Shown here piece by piece: positions 41,370 to 49,034 of a stretch of DNA of 50,311 bases. Numbering within the stretch: position 1 is the stretch's first letter; every line of letters begins with the position of its first letter. Below the pieces are notes generated by a model. That model saw only the letters and a program-made list of their open reading frames with translations. It did not search any database and was not told the DNA's origin. The DNA comes from Deltaproteobacteria bacterium (GTDB lineage Bacteria; Myxococcota_A; UBA9042; DTJE01), in NCBI GenBank assembly GCA_037442805.1, contig JBBIPO010000006.1:1-50311 (forward strand), in the 5' to 3' direction. The position numbers and the translations under genes were made by a program.

Positions 41370-43255
41370 GGCGCGACCTCCACCAGGTCGCCGGTGACGA
41401 ACAGGACCCCGCCATCCTCGCGGTCCGTCCCGACGTGGAGGCCTGTCACGGCGAAGCCCCCAAAGGAGGGGAGGGGGATGGAGCCGAGGAGCCCCGACAC
41501 GGTGGGACCGAGTGCCTGGAGCAGACCGGAAGTCGTTTCCTCGAGATAGGTCTCGACCACCGCCAACGACCCATCGGGGTCCTGAACGTCCAGGGCCAGA
41601 TCGAGGGCATGGAAATCCACCCTGACCGCGGACCCGGCGGTCCAGGCGCTGGAAGGGACCACCTCCCCGTCGAGACGAACGGTCGTGGTCATGACGAGCA
41701 ACGCTGGCTGGTCCAGCGCCCCATCCGGCCGGATGACCATCGTGAGGTCGCCGACCCCCAGTCGCACCCCTCCCGAGACGGGCAGGTCCAGCGACGCGAC
41801 CGGCGGGAAGGTCGCGCGTAGGTCCACCGCGATGCGGGTCTCCGGGTCCAGCGGGGGCCCGGGCAGGAGGGAAAGGACGCCGCCCAGAAAGCCCGCGACC
41901 AGGTCCACCTCGACCTTGTGGGCGTCCAGGAACGCCTGGTCCACGGTGAAGTCGAGCAGACCCGACCTCCACGCCTCGTGGAACACGACATTCAGGAGGT
42001 CGTCCTTGAGCGACAGCCGGACCCCCGGGACCTCCGGCCACTCCTCCTGGCCCGGCGTCGCGAGGATGCCGGGGGAATCGTGTGGGGGAACCGGATCCAG
42101 GCCGGCCATCCCGATGTCGAAACCCACGCGGACGCCATCCGGGGTGACCTCGGCCTCCGACGCCGAGAAGCGCAAATCGAAGGCGCGGTCGAACACGACG
42201 ATGGGAATGGGGTCCGCGAGCCGCTCGAACACCGCCCCGACGGCGCGGGTCACCTGGTCCTCCAGGAAGCGGGCCAAGAATCCTTCGAGAGTCTGAAGGA
42301 TCGTGTCGCGATAGTCCGGGAACACCGCGAGCAAGTCGTCCGCGAGCCCGTCAATCGTCACGATCGGGTCGCCGAGGTCGAGGGTCGTCTCGGCGAGCCC
42401 GACGGTCACGCCGCCCTCCGGACGGGCGCCGAGGGTGACCATCCCGTCGGCCGACAGGCGGTTGCTCGCGATCCGGACAGGCCAGGTCGTCGCCGGACGG
42501 TCTAGAAGGGACACGACCACCCTCACGTCCAAGTCCCGGACCACAAGGCCGAGCACGATCAGGCCCCAGGCCGGCTTGAGCGTCACCTCGGTCCCGGCGG
42601 ACAGGGTCACGTCCTGGGCCATCACGGTCACGAGCGACGACTGGTACAGGGGGTTCATCCCGCGCGCGATGGCCCCGAGGTCCGACGCATCCACCAGGCG
42701 CGCCGCGGCCTGGCCGACCACGGCCAGGGCCTCGCGTCCCAGGTAGAGGTCCGCGGCGTGGGCCACGACCTCGGAGGGCGGGCGGTACTCCCCGCACAGC
42801 ACGGCGCGGTGCTCGACGGATCGCGCCCCGGTCGCGGTCCGCGCGACGACCTCGATTACGTTGAGTCCGGGGAGCAGGGATGCGGCGACCTCCTGCTCGC
42901 CCTCGCGTGCCTCCCCGGCCTGGCCCGCAATGACGACCTCGGCGAGCGGTCCGCCGGGCGATTCGATGCGGACCCGAACGGAAAACGATGCCTGGCAGTC
43001 GGTGGCGTACGTGCCGGTCGCGGGGGAAAGGATCTCGATGCGCGGGGGCGGACCCGGGAGGTTCACGTCGGGGGATTCCTCTGCGCCGGACTCGTCCAGA
43101 GCGTCGGAGTCCTTTGTCGGGGCCTCAACCGGTACTTCCAGGACGTCCGTGGCCCGGCCCTCGGCGGGCACGGTCCCGGCGCAACCCGCGGCAACCGCCG
43201 CTCCGCTCAGGCAGGCGAGGAACGACACCACGGGCCGTGGAAGTGTCCGGTTCAC
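41366..43255 (-). CDS. Lipoprotein of unknown function (629 aa): an Ig-like N-terminal domain followed by a large uncharacterised domain
   Basis: GTG at 43255. Signal and lipobox are MNRTLPRPVVSFLACLSGAAVAAGC. ..PPPRIEILSPATGTYATDCQASFSVRVRIES..VIEVVARTATGA.. is Ig-like. The remainder has real-protein composition but I recognise no family. Confidence 0.65.
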   Translation of the reverse strand: MNRTLPRPVVSFLACLSGAAVAAGCAGTVPAEGRATDVLEVPVEAPTKDSDALDESGAEESPDVNLPGPPPRIEILSPATGTYATDCQASFSVRVRIESPGGPLAEVVIAGQAGEAREGEQEVAASLLPGLNVIEVVARTATGARSVEHRAVLCGEYRPPSEVVAHAADLYLGREALAVVGQAAARLVDASDLGAIARGMNPLYQSSLVTVMAQDVTLSAGTEVTLKPAWGLIVLGLVVRDLDVRVVVSLLDRPATTWPVRIASNRLSADGMVTLGARPEGGVTVGLAETTLDLGDPIVTIDGLADDLLAVFPDYRDTILQTLEGFLARFLEDQVTRAVGAVFERLADPIPIVVFDRAFDLRFSASEAEVTPDGVRVGFDIGMAGLDPVPPHDSPGILATPGQEEWPEVPGVRLSLKDDLLNVVFHEAWRSGLLDFTVDQAFLDAHKVEVDLVAGFLGGVLSLLPGPPLDPETRIAVDLRATFPPVASLDLPVSGGVRLGVGDLTMVIRPDGALDQPALLVMTTTVRLDGEVVPSSAWTAGSAVRVDFHALDLALDVQDPDGSLAVVETYLEETTSGLLQALGPTVSGLLGSIPLPSFGGFAVTGLHVGTDREDGGVLFVTGDLVEVAP

Positions 43256-43315
43256 GCTGCCTGCTCGCCCGCGCGCCTGCGGGACCGAGGAGCCCCGCGT
43301 CCGCCAAGACGCGGC

Positions 43316-45160
43316 TCACTCCTGGGGCGTGATCTTCAGGACCGCTCGCTCGATCCGCCCCGTGTCGGACGAGGCATTGTCGCAGACCTCGAGCACCCAG
43401 TCGCCCTTGGCGGACGTGCCCTTGACCTTCTTCACCGAGTACGTCTTCTCGATGTCGTCGGCGCTCCCGCCAATCCAGTAGTTCTTCAGGGTCCGGTAGG
43501 ACCCGTCCGGCAAGTAGAGGCGCACGCGCAGGTCCCCGATGTAGGTGTGGCGGATCGTCAGTTCGAGCGACGCCTTGTACACGGTCAGGTCGTGCGCAAC
43601 CGCAATGGTCGCGCGGGCGCAGGCGCTCGGCGAGTTGTCCGGGATGTCCAGGGGCAGACCGGTCGCCGTGTACGTCCCCGGCTCGGTCGCCGGCGAATCC
43701 TGTGACGCGATGGACTGCGGCAGGATGGTGGACGCAAGATACTTGTAATCAACGTATTCGTTTTCGTAAACGCGATAGTTGTTCGTATTGGACAGGGGCT
43801 GCCACATGAAGTCCGGGTGCGCGTAGATGCCCAGGTCCGCGTCCTGCCACTCCCCGTCGCCGATGATCTCGGCCTTGGGGTCGTCCATCGGCGCGGTCAG
43901 CCACAGGACGTAGGTCAGGGTCCTCAAGTCCACCTGGTCGTCGTACATCTCGCGGATCTTGTACGCGGTCGCGTAGGTCTCGTCGTCAATGTCGTCGCGG
44001 TAGTTCTGCACGGTCAGCGTCTCGTGCGGAAGCCCGTCGTGCATCCAGTGGATGGTCGCGGTCACGAGGACCGGGTACACCGACTTCTGGCCCAGGCTCT
44101 TCACCCGGCCCTCGCCGCTCGAGTAGTCCGTCCACTTGACGTCCACCTCCTGGGGCTTGGCGACCCCGTCCACCACCTGATAGAGCGGCTTCACGCTGAA
44201 CCGGTACGACTTCACCGGCTGGTTCCACACCTCCGCGCCCGTGCACTGGTCAATCACGAACGACTTGTCGCGGTTGCCGATCTGGTCCGCGAAGAAGATG
44301 TGGAAGGCCGCGGGGGTCACGTCCTGGAAGTCCACCCCTTTCTTCGCCTCCTCGTCCTTGTCCCAGTCGTTGCGCGACCCGTAGAACGACGAGGAGCACT
44401 CCATCCACGCCTCGGTCAGCAGGCCCTTCACGTCGCCGGGGGTCAGCGTCACGCCGTCCACCGTCGCGTCGCGCCGGGGTTCCGGCTCCATGACCGCGGC
44501 CGCGGCCCAGGCGTTGCAGTGCCCGTACCAGTTCTCGACCCCGAACTGCCCGAGCCCGTGTTCCAGGATCTCGAACTCCGTGGCCGTGTCCACCGTGAAC
44601 TTCTTGTCCGCCAGGGATTCCTGGGTGTCCTCGATCTTCTTCTTGTTGTCCAGATATTCCTTGCCTTCAGGGGTTTCCCGCCAGTCCCACGAGGGGTCGC
44701 TCTCGTGCTCCGCGAGCATCCGGTTGATGCGATAGACGAGTTCCTGCTGGCGCTTCATCAGGGTCGCGACCTCGGCGTCCTTCTCTTGCACCGCGGCCAG
44801 ATACGCCTTGACCTTGTCGCGCTCGACCTTGCCGATGCGCCCGAGCAGTTTGTCGAGTTTCTCGGCGGGCGAGTACAGGGCCGAATCGTCCGCATCGAAG
44901 CGATCCGTCTTCTTCTTGTACTCGTCGCCCCACCACGACAGGCCCGTCACGGCCGGGTCGTGCAACCGGTAGGCGATCCCGTCCCGCTTGTAAGCCCACC
45001 AGGACCCGACCCACACGACCTTCGACACGGTCCCGCGCAGCGGGAGTTTCGAGAAGAGGACCTCCCCGTAGCGGGTGTTGGGGTTGGACCACGAAGTCGC
45101 GGGGACGACCAGCGACCACCCCGCGACGACCAGCAGCAAGCGCCATCCCTTGGTATTCAT
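43316..45160 (-). CDS. Secreted protein with a candidate papain/transglutaminase-like thiol centre (WYGHCNAWAAAAV) and a C-terminal proprotein-convertase P-domain
   Basis: ATG at 45160 has GGGGAGG upstream. Signal peptide is MNTKGWRLLLVVAGWSLVVPATSWS. The C-terminal ..IPDNSP..ATIAV..LELTIRHTYIGDLRVRLYLPDGSYRTL..GDWVLEVCDNASSDTGRIERAVLKI fits the P_proprotein pattern (H-x-x-x-GDL-x-[VI]-x-L-x-x-P-x-G, G-x-W-x-L-x-V-x-D...D-x-G). Confidence 0.75.
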   Translation of the reverse strand: MNTKGWRLLLVVAGWSLVVPATSWSNPNTRYGEVLFSKLPLRGTVSKVVWVGSWWAYKRDGIAYRLHDPAVTGLSWWGDEYKKKTDRFDADDSALYSPAEKLDKLLGRIGKVERDKVKAYLAAVQEKDAEVATLMKRQQELVYRINRMLAEHESDPSWDWRETPEGKEYLDNKKKIEDTQESLADKKFTVDTATEFEILEHGLGQFGVENWYGHCNAWAAAAVMEPEPRRDATVDGVTLTPGDVKGLLTEAWMECSSSFYGSRNDWDKDEEAKKGVDFQDVTPAAFHIFFADQIGNRDKSFVIDQCTGAEVWNQPVKSYRFSVKPLYQVVDGVAKPQEVDVKWTDYSSGEGRVKSLGQKSVYPVLVTATIHWMHDGLPHETLTVQNYRDDIDDETYATAYKIREMYDDQVDLRTLTYVLWLTAPMDDPKAEIIGDGEWQDADLGIYAHPDFMWQPLSNTNNYRVYENEYVDYKYLASTILPQSIASQDSPATEPGTYTATGLPLDIPDNSPSACARATIAVAHDLTVYKASLELTIRHTYIGDLRVRLYLPDGSYRTLKNYWIGGSADDIEKTYSVKKVKGTSAKGDWVLEVCDNASSDTGRIERAVLKITPQE

Positions 45161-45175
45161 GTCATCGCCTCCCCG

Positions 45176-45994
45176 TCACTGCGCCAGGTCCTGGCGGATC
45201 AGGACGCCCGCCCCCTGGCTCGTCCGGATGAAGAAGGGCCACAGGTCGCCCCTCGCCCAGAACACCACGTCCCCGTTGTCGAAGTCGTAGCGCTCGTAGG
45301 TCCGGGAGGCCCAACCGGGGTCGAAGACCGCGAGGATGTCCGCGAGGTCCGCGGGGACCTCGGGGGCCGCGGACCCGCTCCCCTGCACGAGGATGCGCGG
45401 GATCGAGTGGGGATAGATGCTCGACCCGGTGTTCAGCGAGGACTTGTGGTTGACCTCGACCGTGTATCCATCGGGATATTCGGCGTTGAAAATGGTTTCC
45501 TCGATGGGGTCGAGGAGGTCGTTCAGGGTGAAGACCAGGCGCGGCTCGTGCTCGTCCACCCGGTCGGGCGCGAACAGTTCCGCGTGTTCCGTGGGCGTGG
45601 CCTGCGTGACCTCGATCTCGGCCACCTCCCGCATGACACGGTCGAAGACGTTCTTCGTGACCCCGAGCACACGGTACCGGAACAGATACACCTCGCTCGC
45701 GACCTTGCGGTCCGGGGCGATCTCTGGGGCCGCCATGGCCATGTCCGAGCGGTGGTCGAATCGAAACGCCACGTAGAACGTGTCTCCGACCCGGTAGAAC
45801 CTTGGCGCCATCCCGGTCTGCTGGAACGCGCTCCCGCCGCCCGGGTCGCAGTCGGGACAGTCCCCCTTGCCCGTGACTTTCGGTTCCCCGCCCGTGGGCG
45901 GGGGCGTGGCCGGTCCCTGGGACGAGGCGCACGCCGCGCACAGGAGCGCGACGGCGGCGACCCCCGAAGCCGTCCTTGCGATGCGATTCCTCAT
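45176..45994 (-). CDS. Lipoprotein of unknown function (272 aa), first gene of the secreted four-gene operon
   Basis: ATG at 45994 is preceded by GGAGAGGAGG. Signal and lipobox are MRNRIARTASGVAAVALLCAAC. The stop lies 15 nt before the next gene's start. Confidence 0.65.
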   Translation of the reverse strand: MRNRIARTASGVAAVALLCAACASSQGPATPPPTGGEPKVTGKGDCPDCDPGGGSAFQQTGMAPRFYRVGDTFYVAFRFDHRSDMAMAAPEIAPDRKVASEVYLFRYRVLGVTKNVFDRVMREVAEIEVTQATPTEHAELFAPDRVDEHEPRLVFTLNDLLDPIEETIFNAEYPDGYTVEVNHKSSLNTGSSIYPHSIPRILVQGSGSAAPEVPADLADILAVFDPGWASRTYERYDFDNGDVVFWARGDLWPFFIRTSQGAGVLIRQDLAQ

Positions 45995-46010
45995 CGGTGC
46001 CTCCTCTCCC

Positions 46011-46035
46011 CGGATCCAGCGCGGCGCTGGATCCG
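46011..46035. promoter_or_regulatory. Perfect palindrome CGGATCCAGCGC-G-GCGCTGGATCCG, a candidate operator or 5'-UTR hairpin
   Basis: The arms are 12 bp and perfectly complementary with a 1-nt centre. The palindrome lies 17 nt upstream of the ATG at 45994, abutting the RBS. Confidence 0.5.
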
Positions 46036-46219
46036 TCATTCGGAAAACGTCCAGACGGTCCGCCCGTCCGGGAACGGTGCCCCCGGAACGGAGGACCGTC
46101 GTCCCTCGCGATTCGGGTCAATATGTTCACCGAAAACAGGCATCCTGTCAATCCTCAAGAGCGCGAACTTGAGGAACAAGGATCGGTCGTTCGTCGCGAC
46201 GGCCTTGGACCGGCCCGCT

Positions 46220-47083
46220 TCAGCGCGCCAGGAGGTCCGACAACCGCACGGCCTCCGCTTCCGCGGCCCGCTTCTTGAAGAACTCGAAGCGCGCCGCCAG
46301 AAGACGGGCGCGGGCGGCCTCGAACAGGGAGGGTCGGGACAGGGCCGCGTCCACCGCGGTCTCACCGTAAAGACGGGTCAGGTCCAGCAGCAAGAATGCG
46401 CTCGCCTCGTCGCTCGGGTCCGCGGGTAGCCCCGCCGCGGCCAGGTCCTCGGCCAGGTCGGGTGCCCGCAGGACCTGGATCGGGGGCCTCACGTCGTGAA
46501 AGTGGAAGGCATCGCCCTCCAGCACGACCTCCCCACGACCCAGGCGCACCGCGCGTGGCAGAAAAAGCCTCGGGACCTCCGCGCGCAGCGCGACCACGAG
46601 GCGCTCGGCCAGGCCGAGGTCCGCCGGTCGCGCGCGCAGGACCACGTGCGTGGTGCCCGCGACCTCCTCCGGTTTCCAGTCATATCCGCCCGGCGTATCC
46701 ACGGAGTCGGGCAGGGGAGGCGGACCCTCGCCGTCCACCCGCGCCTCGACCGTTGCCTCGCGAAACCCGACGTTTCGCGCCGCGGCCTCGAGCGTCCGCG
46801 TCAGCTCCTCCACCCTGGGCCCGATGGGGATGCGCTCCTCCACGCGAAACATCCTGAAGACTTCCGAATACTTGCGCACCGCGTTCCAGTGCCCCAGGTG
46901 ATTCGCCGCCACGGCCCGGACCTGCTCGCGGCGGATCAGGGCAGTCTGCTGAAGTTCGCGCCAGCGCGGGTCGAGGGAGCGGTCCGCCAGCGGGGGACCC
47001 TCGCCGCAGGCGATGGCGGTCGCAGCCATCAGAACCGGGATGGCGCCTCCGGGCAACCTGGTGCAAACGCGAGGATGGTTCAT
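46220..47083 (-). CDS. Lipoprotein of unknown function (287 aa)
   Basis: ATG at 47083 (MNHPRVCTRLPGGAIPVLMAATAIAC) gives a signal peptide and lipobox. The 529-aa track ORF extension is antisense to thiD and is spurious. Confidence 0.6.
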   Translation of the reverse strand: MNHPRVCTRLPGGAIPVLMAATAIACGEGPPLADRSLDPRWRELQQTALIRREQVRAVAANHLGHWNAVRKYSEVFRMFRVEERIPIGPRVEELTRTLEAAARNVGFREATVEARVDGEGPPPLPDSVDTPGGYDWKPEEVAGTTHVVLRARPADLGLAERLVVALRAEVPRLFLPRAVRLGRGEVVLEGDAFHFHDVRPPIQVLRAPDLAEDLAAAGLPADPSDEASAFLLLDLTRLYGETAVDAALSRPSLFEAARARLLAARFEFFKKRAAEAEAVRLSDLLAR

Positions 47084-47191
47084 TCGACCCCTTGTCTCGA
47101 ACCAAAGCGTAGCAGGGATCGTCGTGAGAAGCCACGAGGGGTTGACGGGTCGGGGCCGCTCGTGGACGATGACCGGCGGAGGACGCCGCGA

Positions 47192-48025
47192 ATGAAGAAA
47201 GTCTTGACGATCGCGGGGTCGGACAGCGGGGGAGGGGCCGGGATCCAGGCGGACCTGAAGACTTTTCAGGCGCTCGGGGTGTACGGGGGGAGCGTGGTGA
47301 CGGCGGTCACGGCCCAGGACACGCGCGGGGTGCGCGCGGTCCACCTCGTGCCCGAGGACGTGATCGCCGCGCAACTGGACGCGGTCCTGGACGACATCGC
47401 GTGGGATGCGGTCAAGACCGGGATGCTCGCGACCCCCGGCGTGGTGCGCGTCGTGGCCGCGCGGCTGACGGCGCGGCCCGACCTGCCGGTCGTCGTGGAC
47501 CCGGTCATGGTCTCGAAGAGCGGGCACGACCTCCTCGACCCGAATGCGAGGGAGGTCCTGGTCCGCGAACTGTTTCCGCGAGCCCTCGTGGTGACGCCCA
47601 ACGCACACGAGGCATCCGCGCTGGTCGGATTCCCGGTGCGGACCGAGGAGGACGCGCGCCGGGCCGCGGTCGTGTTGCGCGGGATGGGCGCGCGGAATGT
47701 CGTGGTCAAGGGCGGACACGTCGGGCTGGACACAGACACATGTGTTGACATCTTGTACGATGGAGATAAGCATTACGAATACATTGGGAAAAGATACAGG
47801 ACGGATCACTTACATGGAACAGGGTGTACCTTCGCGTCCGCCGTAGCGGCGGGCCTGGCCCGGGGCCTGCCGGTGGCGGAGGCCGTCGGCCTGGCCCGGG
47901 CATTCCTGGACGCCGCGATCGCGGGGGCGGACCTCCTTCAGGTGGGACGCGGACACGGCCCGGTGGACCACGGGGCCGGAGGACGGTCGCGGCGGGTGCG
48001 GGCGGTCCTCCGCGGCCGGTCGTGA
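47192..48025 (+). CDS. thiD: Hydroxymethylpyrimidine/phosphomethylpyrimidine kinase
   Basis: ATG at 47192 has GGCGGAGGA upstream. Conserved blocks: MKKVLTIAGSDSGGGAGIQADLKTF..GVYG..V.TA.TAQ.T, ..KTGML.., ..VVDPVMV.KSG.., ..TPN..EA.., ..KGGH.., ..HGTGCTFASA... Confidence 0.93.
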   Translation: MKKVLTIAGSDSGGGAGIQADLKTFQALGVYGGSVVTAVTAQDTRGVRAVHLVPEDVIAAQLDAVLDDIAWDAVKTGMLATPGVVRVVAARLTARPDLPVVVDPVMVSKSGHDLLDPNAREVLVRELFPRALVVTPNAHEASALVGFPVRTEEDARRAAVVLRGMGARNVVVKGGHVGLDTDTCVDILYDGDKHYEYIGKRYRTDHLHGTGCTFASAVAAGLARGLPVAEAVGLARAFLDAAIAGADLLQVGRGHGPVDHGAGGRSRRVRAVLRGRS

Positions 48026-48043
48026 CGGGAAGGGCGGAAGACC

Positions 48044-48844
48044 ATGCTATATCTGGGACTGGACCTCGGCAGCCTGACCTGCGACGCGGTGCTACTCGAC
48101 GACGAGGGTCGCCTGGTGTCGTGGGCCGTGGTCCCAACCGGGGCCCGTCACGCGGAGGCCATGGCCCGAGCGCGCGCGGAAGCCGTGTCCAGGGCGGGAT
48201 GCCGCGACGAGGACCTCGCGGCTGTGGTCTCGACCGGATACGGCCGGGAGCGGGTCGAGGGCCGGCTCGCAGCGGTCACGGAGATCACCTGTCACGCGCG
48301 CGGCATCACGCATCTGATCCCGGGCACGGAGGTCCTGCTCGACATCGGGGGCCAGGACAGCAAGGCGATCCGCATCGCCGCGGACGGGAAGGTCGTGGAC
48401 TTCGCCATGAACGACCGCTGCGCGGCGGGCACCGGGCGGTTCCTGGAGGTCATGGCCCGTGCGCTCGAGGTCGAGGTCGCGGACCTCGGGGAACTCGATT
48501 CGCGGGCCGAGGGCCGCCTTGCGTTGACGAGCCTCTGCACCGTCTTCGCCGAGAGCGAGGTCGTGGGCCTCGTGGCCGCCGGGACCGAGGTCCCCGAGAT
48601 CGTGCGCGGCCTGCACCGGGCCATCGCGTCGCGGGTCCAGGCCCTGGTCCGGCGCGTGGCTCGGGACCTGCGGTCCCCCCGCATGGCGATGTCCGGCGGG
48701 GTGGCCCGCAACCGCGGCGTGGTGCGTGCGCTGTCAGAGGCCCTGGGGTGGGACATTGCGGTCCCGCCGGAACCGGACATCGTCGGGGCCCTGGGTGCGG
48801 CCCTCATCGCGAGGGAGCGCGCCGGGGACACGAAGAGCGCGTGA
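48044..48844 (+). CDS. BadF/BadG/BcrA/BcrD-family ATPase (2-hydroxyacyl-CoA dehydratase / benzoyl-CoA reductase-type activase, HgdC-like)
   Basis: MLYLGLDLGS..TGYGR..E..CHARG..DIGGQDSKAI......DF.MNDRCAAGTGRFLE..A......L......CTVFAESEV......G......G.H.A......GGVA.N.. is the canonical activase pattern, including the cluster-bridging Cys residues. Confidence 0.88.
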   Translation: MLYLGLDLGSLTCDAVLLDDEGRLVSWAVVPTGARHAEAMARARAEAVSRAGCRDEDLAAVVSTGYGRERVEGRLAAVTEITCHARGITHLIPGTEVLLDIGGQDSKAIRIAADGKVVDFAMNDRCAAGTGRFLEVMARALEVEVADLGELDSRAEGRLALTSLCTVFAESEVVGLVAAGTEVPEIVRGLHRAIASRVQALVRRVARDLRSPRMAMSGGVARNRGVVRALSEALGWDIAVPPEPDIVGALGAALIARERAGDTKSA

Positions 48845-48884
48845 ACGGCTGACGCGCGGAGGGAACCAGAGGGGACGGAGGGCA

Positions 48885-48990
48885 GGGATACGGGATCGGG
48901 GATCCGGCATCCGGGGTCCGGCAGGGACTCCGTGGCGGTCACGGACACGGTCACGGATCCCGACACGGTCACGGCCGACGGTCACGGTCC
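48885..48990 (+). repeat. Copy B of the bipartite intergenic repeat: about 6 heptamers (GGGATAC GGGATCG GGGATCC GGCATCC GGGGTCC GGCAGGG), a spacer, and about 9 hexamers (GGTCAC/GGACAC-type)
   Basis: Read directly from the sequence between the activase stop and the mnmA stop. It shares a 24/25-nt core CCGGGGTCCGGCAGRGACTCCGTG plus GGACACGGTCACGG with the inverted copy at 50216-50272. Confidence 0.8.
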
Positions 48991-49034
48991 TGCGCGCGAG
49001 CGGCGCCCGCGCCCCCACGCCTGGGCGTGAGGAT

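Noticed and set aside
43316-45160. Lower GC of the P-domain protein gene as a sign of recent horizontal transfer
   Set aside because: The drop is modest. It is largely explained by the K/Y/D/E/N/W-rich amino-acid composition, and third positions remain mostly G/C. There are no flanking mobility genes or tRNA-adjacent junctions.
46146-46151. TTGACA (minus strand) as the -35 of the promoter for the secreted operon
   Set aside because: No acceptable -10 hexamer lies at 16-19 nt; the best candidate, CATATT, is 20 nt away. It is retained only as a note within the palindrome finding.
47084-47191. Possible TPP riboswitch in front of thiD
   Set aside because: The 108-nt divergent spacer lacks the conserved CUGAGA and ACCUGAUCUGGAUAAUGCCAGCG-type elements. 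I could not build the THI-box from it by eye, and an Infernal scan would settle the question.
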